From the NCBI GenBank assembly GCA_051294375.1, contig CM119271.1, positions 14,700,770 through 14,764,769 on the forward strand: DNA of 64,000 nucleotides, written 5' to 3'. Positions 1-10,006 of this stretch are shown here, piece after piece (position 1 is the stretch's first letter; every line of letters begins with the position of its first letter). The notes under the pieces were generated by a model. The model made no database searches. It worked only from the letters and a program-made list of their open reading frames with translations, and was not told where the DNA came from. A program made the translations under genes and the position numbers. Source of the stretch: Paraspadella gotoi. Its lineage: Eukaryota; Animalia; Chaetognatha.

Positions 1-27
1 GGCCGCATTTAAAAAAAAGAAAGAAAA

Positions 28-902
28 ATGTTCCGTTTTACCCCACCCTGAGGTAATTCGGAACAGTTAATATATGTATAATTTTTTATAATATTACAGA
101 AAATAATAACTAAAATGCTATTATTAAGTGCATGAAGTCTTTCATTAATAATGTTTTATGTATAACTGATGTATATTCTGAAGTGGGTAAAATGATTTTT
201 AATACGTTATCACTTTTGGAAAATTATTGAATGACAATAGATACAAAATTTGCATACATTTTTTTATTTAGAATATTTTTGACAAAGTTTTTTATTTCTT
301 TTCATTTTGCATTTTGTCCCAATCTTCCTTTCCAATTAATATTGGTTTTGGGCCAATTTTTTATTTCCAATGTTATTTTTCTTATCCTTTTTTTCATTTT
401 AATTTTTTTTTCTTTTCCAAATAATTGTATTCATATTAATTTTTTTTTTAATTTCAGCTTAATTTTGTCTCAAACTATTTTTTTAACCATATTTAGGCAT
501 TAAATTCCATTCTGAACGTTTGTATTTTTTATTGCTAAAAATAGATTTTTTACTGTAATAGTATATAGATTTTTTCTGCCTAATTATTTTACAAATGTTG
601 CTAACTATTATTATTACTTAATAAATTATCACTAACCCATATAAAAGGCATATGAGGTAACACAGAACACTTGATAGGTGTTCCGTTTTACCCAAATATA
701 ATTGTAGCTATGTAAAAAATAATTGATTGAATTTTTCAAAATAATCTATACAATAACTAAACATTACTAGTCTCGTCTATCATATATTTTATATTGGTTG
801 TACCAATTTTATATTAATATTCCATATTCATATTACATCAAATATGTATATGTGTCAGTGTTTTTCGAATTACCCCTTTTCCGAATTACCCCACACTACT
901 CT
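28..902. mobile_element. Partial DNA-transposon/MITE end with subterminal repeats
   Basis: The motif TTCCG(T/A)(T/A)TTACCC recurs at ~31, ~681, ~864 and ~879, with an inverted copy at ~52. The stretch ends TTCCGAATTACCCCACACTACTCT-ATA. The left end is not in the window. Confidence 0.4.
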
Positions 903-1012
903 ATAGTAATGAATTTTTTTTCCCCATATATATTCTCTTCTGGAGATTAACTGTAACGTTTATTAAAGCACTTTTTCTAAAGTTAAGTTTGTCAAATATA
1001 TAAAGTCATATA

Positions 1013-1560
1013 CACTCATGTGCAAAAAAAAATGTGATACTTTATAATTTTAAATTCCAGACGCTCTTTAAAAACATATTTAAAAATTATATAAGAAAAA
1101 TAAAATTTTTTAGAAAAAAAATAATTCAAGAGATATGATTTTTTAAACTTGAGTGTTCCAAAACCAAACGGGAAAATTGACTTTTATCTAAAAGCTTTAA
1201 AACCATGGACCTGTCATTCATCGTATGTTTTAGATTATGATATAAAGACCTGGGGCAATCCAGTTATCCTGCTATCCCTCCGGATGTCCAGTATAATTTT
1301 TTTTCATTATTTATTCTACTACAAGTATTGTAAAATATTAAATAAAAAAAGATCTAAAATATTTTTTTACGTTCAGCTTTGCGGTAGAGTACTTCATTTT
1401 AAAAAATCTCTGGTCCTAAATGGATGTCCCGATTTTAATAAAATTTATACCAAACTTATCTTTCAATAAACTTTAATTCATTTTTTTTTTTAAAATTCAA
1501 GTATATAAGGTGATTTCTAAAGTCTGAAATAAAGTGGCGCGATTTTTTTGCACATAACTG
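1013..1560. mobile_element. Tc1/mariner-type MITE
   Basis: Imperfect TIRs CACTCATGTGCAAAAAAA / TTTTTTTGCACATAACTG, with TA on both flanks. A related degenerate copy lies at ~5765-6050. Confidence 0.7.
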
Positions 1561-1683
1561 TATAAGAAAATAGAGGGGTTTTATTGTTTTAAGATGATAT
1601 TGCTGATTAAAATTTGAAAAATTTAATTGAAATCTGGATATAATTCGAAAAAAAAACTTTCAAGGTCCAAAGGTTGAAAGCGA

Positions 1684-3378
1684 TTAAATATTGACAACCC
1701 TAGAAGGTTTATCTTGAAAGTTTTCAATATCAGGAATCCAAACGTTTTGCGGCATCTTAGAGTCTTTGATGGCCTGACAAGATATGCCATTTGGATGTTG
1801 GATAAGCTTATACAAAAAAACTAAAGGGATTGGCATCAAGGTGGAAGCAGTGACTAAATTGCCAATAGTTATGCCCCAAAAAGGACCCTCAGATCTGTTT
1901 ATGATACGATTAGCGATCCAAATTATGCTGTAAAAAGCAAGAACCAACGGAGTCAGGTATTTCCAGGTAATTTTCCAATAAATATTGATTTTGGTACCAA
2001 CCATTTTTTTTAGTTTACTTTCAAAATTACTGTAACCATATAAAAAACATATACCAAAACATTCAAAAATACCAATGATAAAACCATTAATGGCACTTAC
2101 GTTATTATCAATAATTGTCAAAAATTCCATTCCACCCGAACATGTATACGCCATTCCAAGCAAAAAATAAATAAAAATTATTAAACAACGATATTTGAAC
2201 TTAGATTTTTTCGTATAAATACAGTTCATATTTTCAAATATCAAGACTATAACACTTTCTGTATACGAAACAACAGTTCCCAAACCTACAGAAATAAGCA
2301 TTGTGAAAAATAAACAACCCCAAATGGCAGATCCAGGAATTACGTTAAGAGCACTGGGATAAACAATAAAAACTAATGAGGGTCCAGTTGACATGAGGTC
2401 ATCAATGCTCAAATTTGTTACATATGCTAAATGCCCGATAATGCAAAATATCGGAAATCCAATCCAAAATGATGTCAGGCAATTAATAAATGTCACAATC
2501 ACAGTATTGGTCAAACAAGGTTCTTCTAGAGAATTAAAACTGGATAAAGTGAGCATTACTGACTGACAAATGCTTAAGGAAAAAAATATTTGTTGCCCAG
2601 CATCTATCCAAACTTGCAGTTCTAACAATTTTGAAAAATCGGGTAAAAGATAAGTAAGAATTCCTTGAGCAGCACCTTCTTGTTGGACTGCCCCTATCAT
2701 GAGAAATAATATGCAAAAATAAGGAAATAAACAAAAGAAATAATTGGCTTTTCCCATGGAAGAAATCCCCTCAATAAGCACAATTAACACTATAGACCAA
2801 ACAATAAAAAGAGCAATAAGAATAATCCAGTTAGGATAACCAAACTCTCTTAAATTTCCAGAATCTTTTGCCACAAGGTTGTTAAAAAACTGAGATGAAT
2901 CAAAATCAAAAGCTGACCTGAAAAGTGTTTTATTCCTTATCATTGCCCTGATTCCACCAGCCTCCAAACACATTTGCGTATTCCAATTATGATTACAACC
3001 TTTCCAAATCGGATAACTTATAGATTTCAAGGAATAGAGTGACATGAAAACATAAAATAATCCATAAGCTGCTAAAACTGCATAGTAGGTAGTAATAACC
3101 ATGACAGTCATTGCACCAGCTATTGAAGTTCCACCAAGTAATGGACAAAGATCCCAGGCTTTGTAACTGTTTGACCTGGCATACTGACCCCAAGATATTT
3201 CTAATCCTAAAATAGGCATTGCGGCACAAATGAGCATAATAGTGTATGGAATGAAAAAAGCTGCTCCGCCATTTTTGTAACAAAGATAAGGGAATCTCCA
3301 TACATTACCCAACCCTACGGCATTAGCAACTATAGAAACAACACACTCAATGTTGGACCTGAATTTTTGCCTTGGCAT
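1684..3378 (-). CDS. SLC6 (NSS) sodium:neurotransmitter/amino-acid symporter, intronless CDS
   Basis: 564 aa ORF with the SLC6 signature AVGLGNVWRFPYLCYKNGGAAF, the WIDAGQQIFFSLS motif and about 12 hydrophobic segments. Confidence 0.95.
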   Translation of the reverse strand: MPRQKFRSNIECVVSIVANAVGLGNVWRFPYLCYKNGGAAFFIPYTIMLICAAMPILGLEISWGQYARSNSYKAWDLCPLLGGTSIAGAMTVMVITTYYAVLAAYGLFYVFMSLYSLKSISYPIWKGCNHNWNTQMCLEAGGIRAMIRNKTLFRSAFDFDSSQFFNNLVAKDSGNLREFGYPNWIILIALFIVWSIVLIVLIEGISSMGKANYFFCLFPYFCILFLMIGAVQQEGAAQGILTYLLPDFSKLLELQVWIDAGQQIFFSLSICQSVMLTLSSFNSLEEPCLTNTVIVTFINCLTSFWIGFPIFCIIGHLAYVTNLSIDDLMSTGPSLVFIVYPSALNVIPGSAIWGCLFFTMLISVGLGTVVSYTESVIVLIFENMNCIYTKKSKFKYRCLIIFIYFLLGMAYTCSGGMEFLTIIDNNVSAINGFIIGIFECFGICFLYGYSNFESKLKKMVGTKINIYWKITWKYLTPLVLAFYSIIWIANRIINRSEGPFWGITIGNLVTASTLMPIPLVFLYKLIQHPNGISCQAIKDSKMPQNVWIPDIENFQDKPSRVVNI

Positions 3379-4372
3379 TTTCTTGAGTCACTTGAAATAG
3401 ACTGAAATTATTAAGGAACACAAACATAAAAATATACATAAAACTGTTAAAGAACAAAACTTGTTTTATTTAGGTGAAATATTTTAAAAAATATAATTTT
3501 TTTAACATAAAAGAATATATTAGTGCTTGATAAAGGTTCGAAATTAAAGACATTTACAGAATTCTCATCTTGGTCCGATTCATAACAAAATCATCTCATT
3601 GATAACATATCACCATTGGCCAGCTTAAAATTAAATTGAAAATATATGTAAAATATATGTAAAATATTTTAATCTTTTTTATATATTTTTAAAATAAAAG
3701 TTTAATATTTAGTTAGCCATTTTAATATAAATAGGACTAAGCTCTGACGAAAAAATTCAGAGGTTTTTTTTAACATATTCTTTTACCGGCCAATGTAGAA
3801 TGATGGCAGTATTGCTATTGTTAAGTTTCAAAAAAATCTGATCATAAATATAGAAAATATTAACCAAAATCTTTGGAAAATCCACCCCTTCTTTGAAAGA
3901 TTTTCACCATAGAAGATTTTTTTTCGAATCTGACTACCGGTTGAAAATTCATAGAATTCCGATCGTTAGCTCCTCTTTTACTTTTACCAAAATGGACTAA
4001 TTCACTTTACCATGATCGTATCATATTAAAATAACCAAATAAAATGTAAAGAAAAATTTTGAGAGCCCTTCAGATTTATGGCTATCGGATTCCTAAATTC
4101 AAAGTTTATTGTAAAATCACATATGTTAAATGCGTTTACATTGTATTTTAGTTGAGAAATCCCTTTATTTTATATATAAAAATTGCGTCGAATATATTTT
4201 CCCGAGCGGACCAATCCATTTGAATCTGATAGTTTGATGTCAAGATGATGGTAATTTGACAAGATAAAAAAAATGTGAACCCTTCAGATGCAACAGGATC
4301 GGAATTTAGTGTTTTTACAACTATTTTTTACCGGAATTTTTCTCAGGAGCGTTTATATTGTTTGGTAGTCAG

Positions 4373-5490
4373 TGTAATAAAAAAGTAGGCGACTACCTTT
4401 TTTATTAGTTTACTTAGTAACTGATATTGCAGGGATAGGCTTTAGGCAAAGCAAGGATTGGCTTTGAGCAAAAGCAAAGGTTGGTTTTAAGAAAAGCTTA
4501 AGAAGCAAAAAATTGGTTATAAGTGAAGCAGAGATTGCCTTTGAGCAAAAGAGGAAAATGGCTAAAACAAAAGGGCAGTTAGGAGAAGGCTAAAGCCAAA
4601 AGGGGGCTTTTACGGGCCTGCTAAGTCCCAAGCCAATTCCAGAGGAGAAATCACGTGACCAAAATCTGCCTATATAAGGAGGAGTGCCACAGACTGTGGT
4701 CAGGAGTCAATTGAGACCCTCTGAAGTGTAAGGGGAAATTCTGTCCGGCTGGAAAAGTTACTGGAAAAACGCTTAAGTCCAGGAGAGACTGAAAACGCCT
4801 AAGTCCAGGAGAGACTGAAAACGCCTAAGTCCAGGAGAGACTGAAAACGCCTAAGTCCAGGAAGGACTGGTTGGAAATAATAACTCTAAGGTTAAGTCTG
4901 ATAAGACTTGGTTAAGGTTAAGTCTGGTAAGACTTGGTTAAGGTTAAGTCTGGTAAGACTTGGTTAAGGTTAAGTCTGGTAAGACTTGGTTAAGGTTAAG
5001 TCTGGTAAGACTTGGTTAAGGTTAAGTCTGGTAAGACTTGGTTAGGTTAAGTCTGGTAAGACTTGGTTAAGGTTAATGGTAGATTAATATAAGGGTCTCA
5101 AGTGACTACAGACCACAGCTTCATAATTCCTAGTGGACTCTCCTCAACTCTCAAGTGGATTTCATTAATACTTTGGCTTACATTTTAATTTGAACATGTG
5201 TATTTAATTTTGTAATGTACATTGATTTTACTGTGCTTTAAAAATATGTATTGAGTCAGTAGTAAAGATATTATTTAAATTTGTACTAAAGATTATTTTC
5301 TTTATTTTTCTTCCAGGTTAAATTTTTAATAAAAGCGCCCCAGGATACAAACTCCAGTGGACTTCAGGATTTAAATAATAAAGTTTTTAACGCCAGGAAC
5401 TCCAGTGCCCAAGAACTCAAGGACTCCAGTTTTTCGTATTTTATAATAAAGTGGGTGGTGGTAAAAAACACCACCCAAGATTTTATTACA
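4373..5490 (+). mobile_element. Solo LTR (BEL/Pao-like termini)
   Basis: TGTAATAAAA...TTTTATTACA termini and a perfect 5-bp TSD GTCAG (4368-4372, 5491-5495). TATATAA at ~4671, AATAAA signals near the 3' end, and two internal 26-bp tandem arrays. Confidence 0.85.
4890..5076 (+). repeat. 26-bp tandem repeat, ~7 copies, inside the LTR
   Basis: Unit GGTTAAGTCTGGTAAGACTTGGTTAA. A second 26-bp array (AAGTCCAGGAGAGACTGAAAACGCCT, ~3.5 copies) lies at ~4766-4868. Confidence 0.9.
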
Positions 5491-6172
5491 GTCAGATTTG
5501 AACGAAAATCTCTATTGAAAAAATCTTTAAGAACGACGTCAGCTCCTAATATAAATAGGTTAAATACTATTGTACTTTTTTTTCATTATCACAAAAAAAG
5601 AATAGGCTTGCACGAGAGCCGAAAATTTAATATCAAGCTTACCATTGTCACTAACAGCATTACTATAACCGTATTTGCTGTAAAAAAATTAGAGCACACT
5701 GCACGGGAATGTAGGATAAACTCGGAAGCATACGCATTACACATTACATTACACAATGTGTATTACACATGTGAAAAAAATACGCGCCACTTTATAACTT
5801 TAATTCTTGGCAATCCATAAGAATTTTTTTACAAATTATAATATTATATAAATATAAGAAAAATAATTTAAAAAAAAATAAATCCATGTGTAACAGTTTT
5901 ATCAAAATTGGTTCAAGAGATATGATTTTTTAAACTTGAGTGTCCAAATCAAGAAGGGAAAATCGAATAATACAATGTGTCCCAATGGTACTGTCTAGTA
6001 AAAAAAGTTTACTACAACTATACCAGATCAAAAAACTTTAATTCATTATAATGAATATGCGCAGTGCGCACAGGTATTAACCATTTTATAAAATACCTAA
6101 ATTTTAAAAATAGAACGAAACAAACTGCTATAGTTAATATATAAAGCAATTGGGAAAAATCTTAAAGTATAG

Positions 6173-6951
6173 TGATCTCGCCAGACGTTACTATCAAAGA
6201 AAATTAATGAAAAAATCTATAAAAAAAAAGAATGATTGATGCGATAATAAATTATTAATGTAATAAAAATTGATTGATGTAATAATAAATGATTGATGTA
6301 ATAGTAATTGATTTTTGATTGATGTAATAGTAATTGATTATTAATTCGATGATAACCAAATATTGATGCGATGATAACCAAAGTATTGATGCAATGATAA
6401 CCAAAGGATTGATACGATGATAACCAAATGATAGAGGCGATGATAACCAAATGATAGATGCGATGATAACCAAATATTGATGCGATGATAACCAAATATT
6501 GATGCGATGATAACCAAATATTAATGTGATGATAGCCAAATGATGGACACAATGATAGTAATTCATTGATACAATGATAATCATTCATTGATGCGCCGAT
6601 AATCATTTATTGATGCGACGATAATCATTCATCGTAAATAAAACAAATGCATGTATGAGTGAGAAAGAAAGAAAAGAAAAAACTTTAATTTTTTTGTACA
6701 GACGCTGCAGAGCTGAACTCGTTTATATAAATAAATAAATAAATAGTTTTGTAAATAAAACAAACAAATGAGTGTAGGAACAATTTAAAAGACCTCAATG
6801 ATGAGAAGCCGTATCTTAATTTTCAGCTTCCTATGGTTACACACTTGAGCTATTTTAAATGTTAAAACAGCGTGACGATGACGATAACGGTCAAACAGAA
6901 ACAAATTAACATCTCGCCCAAGTCGATCATTCGCCCGTCTGGTGAGATTAA
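6173..6951. mobile_element. Non-autonomous element with short inverted termini enclosing a ~22-bp minisatellite
   Basis: TGATCTCGCCAGACG at ~6173 and CGTCTGGTGAGATTA at ~6936. GATGCGATGATAACCAAATATT-like units run ~6230-6630. Confidence 0.5.
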
Positions 6952-7876
6952 AAAAATTTCTGTAATTTTTTTTGATAAAAATTATTTAATATTTATCAAA
7001 TATTTTTTAGAATATTGATTAAATTATAATTAAAATTGTTTCCTTAAATAAAGAACAATAAAAAAAAACCTTATATTTTTAGCTACAGAACTTTTATAAT
7101 ATAGTATTCATTCTTTTTAAAATTATTTACTTACCTTGTTCATATAATTTTCTTGATTGATTTAATAATAATTTATTGAAAAAATAGTAACCATTTTATT
7201 CTGGGTTAATGATTTAATTGCTCACAACTTCAAATAATGGAAATTAAAGATCAAAATAATTAGTTTACAGAGTTCGGACTTGAATCTTACTCCCTTAATT
7301 GATCCTCCCCCATTGTTTTACAAAATTGTTATATATTTAATAGAAGAGGAATCGTTAAGGATTTTTCTATCTTATGGATTGTATTTAGTTTTGCGATTTC
7401 TAAAAACATAAGTATGGGAAGTAACCAAAAACTATGAGTCATATTTGCTCCGCGCCCAAATAGTTAAAAATCAACTTCATACAGGGGTGAGACCATATAT
7501 CGCTAAAACTGTTAATGATTTTCGAAATCTGAATAAAGATTCAAATTATGCTCTTTCTTAGCTTTTATTCGATATATTAATTGTTATGAAATTCTTTGAT
7601 ATAATGCTTATTTTAATGAAGCAAAGGCAACTGCTCTGTTTAGTCGGCGTGGTTTGGAAAAAAAATGTTTGACTACTTATTGTTTAATCCCATTCTAAAA
7701 ACATGCCAGATAAAATTATTAATGAAAATCCTTATTTAGAGTATAAGAATACTTTTAGCATGGTATACATTACATTTTTGTCAAAAAAATGTTAAGTCAG
7801 TAAGGTTCGGATATGTTACTATTATAATCCAATTTTTATTAAAACTGACCTTTATTTTAAAATTTAATAATGATAT

Positions 7877-8537
7877 TGAAGAGACCAGTAATTATGATTA
7901 AGTGTTAATGACAGAACCGTTTCAATATAAGCAGTCCCTGAGCTTCGGATCAGGTGTAACACCATATTACAGGCGGGTTAAGCGCCCCGTCCCTCTTAAC
8001 TGCCAGACGACCACCGGGCTAGAACCCCGGACCTTTGGGTTGGGAGGCGAATGACTTGCCTCCGGCACCAATGGCCGCTGATGAACGGTTGGTGGATTTT
8101 AGTCCACCATACATCCCCCCCTCCCGTAAGGGAGAAGTCTGTTGCGTTCTCTTCAGTGAATTGTTGTTGTTGGGGGAAAGTTCGTCACCAAGTTGAGGCA
8201 TGTCGCCTGATGTGTTGTGGGCGGAAAGTGCATCGCCAGGTTGAGGCATGTCGCCTGAAAGTGTTGTTGTTGCTGTTGTGTTTGAAGTCGGGCTCACCAA
8301 TGAAGAGACAGTAATTATTGATAAGTGTTAATGACAGAACCGTTCATATAAGCAGTCCCTGAGCTTCGGATCAGGCGTGTAACACCATATTACAGGCGGG
8401 TTAAGCGCCCCGTCCCCCTCTTAACTGCCAGACGACCACCGGGCTAGAACCCCGGACCTTGGGTTGGGAGGCGAATGACTTGCCTCCGGCCACCAATGGC
8501 CGCTGATGAACGGTTGTGTGGATTTTAGTCCACCATA
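7877..8537 (-). mobile_element. TRIM (miniature LTR retroelement) with tRNA-like sequence in its LTRs
   Basis: Two ~235-bp direct repeats (7877-8111, 8301-8537) around a 189-bp internal region. PBS TGGTGAGCCCGAC (8287-8299), PPT GGGAGGGGGGGA (8114-8125), 4-bp TSD ATAT. Confidence 0.9.
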
Positions 8538-9137
8538 ATATTGTCAGATATGTAAATTAATCAATAATCATGTCAGATTTCAGAATGCATGATAAAAGAG
8601 TCAAGTCAGCAAAAAATACTTGCAAAAAAGTATTTGATGATTTAAGCTTATTCCTTAAAATCTTCTTAAAATTTTGTTTTACTTACCTTATAGAAGTTTA
8701 AATAAGTTTAATTTGGATGGTTATGAAAATCTGAAATTAGAAGAAATTAAAGAGAAGACATACCACTATCATATTCAAAAACGACCACTGAAAAATATTA
8801 ACAAGTATGGCTTTTATACTATTGCAATGTAAGGTGCGAGTATAAAAAAAGACTAAATGATTTGAAAACATCCACAACGCCCTGTAGTTGTTTAAAATTT
8901 GTTATTGTTTTCATTGTATATGAAAGTAAAAAGACAGAAAAAATCTTTTGGCACCTATTTTATTATTGTATCTCAAATCGTTTAGACAGGGCAGGACGTT
9001 TAAGTTTTATCTCGATATATGGTCCCACCCCTGTATAAGTATTTGCACTCCTGCAAAAGTAAGAATGATCCACCTAGTGGGTTTCTTTATGGTGGTATTG
9101 AGAGAGTACTGTTTATGGATTTCTCAAATAAAAAAAT

Positions 9138-9346
9138 TATGGTGGACTAAAATCCTCCAACCGTTCATCAGCGGCCATTGTTGCAGGAGGCAAGTCATTC
9201 GCCTCCCAACCCAAAGGTCCGGGGTTCTACCCCGGTGGTAAGAGGGACCGCCTGTAACACGGAGTTACAGCCTGATCGGAAGCTCATTGACTGCTTATAT
9301 GGAAGGGTTCTGTCACTAACACACAACAATCATTACTGTCTCTTCA
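9138..9346 (+). mobile_element. Solo LTR of the tRNA-carrying TRIM (internal deletion)
   Basis: Homologous to 7877-8111, with TATGG...TTCA termini and TSD AAAT. Confidence 0.85.
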
Positions 9347-9841
9347 AAATATAATTTTTAGCATAAGCCAAAATTGTATAAAAAGCTATATCAATCAGTT
9401 AGTACTTTAAAATTTTATATCTTATTTGAATTTAAATTTGAAGCTGCAATAAATTGAGGTACCGTACAATTACCGGGAGTAGGTCGCTGACTTATAAACC
9501 ATGAAAATAAAAAAAAATTTTGGCTTTTTTCGCCCCCTTTTTCTCTATTCTGTTATCTGTCTCATATGTTTCCATTTCCTAAAAAACGTATTTTTGATCC
9601 TCCCGGTTAAAAAGAAGACATGATCAGAGACGTTGCGAGATCAACTGGAACGAAAGCTTTTGTTTTGAATTAGGACGCAAGTAGAAGACCAACGGTAAAC
9701 ACTAAATGAAAACAGTACACAGTAATAATAACAATATCACTTCGCTAAAATCGTCTTTTAAAAATTTTAACGTCGACTTTTAGCGCTACGTCTATGACTA
9801 GAAATTCATAAAAAAAGTTTTTCATAATCGTGGGCAGATAA

Positions 9842-10006
9842 TCATTTCGCCACGCCTCCTTTGATCGCCGCTACCCGCGCCGCCATCTCAGCCCCCGCGC
9901 CAGACCGCGCCGCCATTTCTTCCACGTCGGTCGCGTCGGAACGAAAGAGCATCAACGCCCCCGCGACGTCGTCCCTCGCGGCCGCCACGCCGAGATCCTC
10001 GAAAAC
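9842..10006 (-). CDS. Probable terminal exon of an unknown gene (5' part likely in the gap)
   Basis: GC-rich block after a TTTCAG acceptor, reading VFEDLGVAAARDDVAGALMLF...GGVAK*. Confidence 0.4.
   Translation of the reverse strand, partial: VFEDLGVAAARDDVAGALMLFRSDATDVEEMAARSGAGAEMAARVAAIKGGVAK

Noticed and set aside
4890-5076. Palindromic 26-bp repeats as a CRISPR array
   Set aside because: The units are head-to-tail with no unique spacers, lie inside an LTR, and there are no cas genes in this eukaryotic context.
6217-6606. ORFs of 129 and 109 aa
   Set aside because: They are translations of a minisatellite.
7990-8080. Functional tRNA gene
   Set aside because: The D and anticodon stems pair poorly and the sequence is embedded in LTR copies, so it is tRNA-derived only.
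8019-8314. Short ORFs in the TRIM
   Set aside because: No gag/pol similarity, and the frames cross LTR boundaries.
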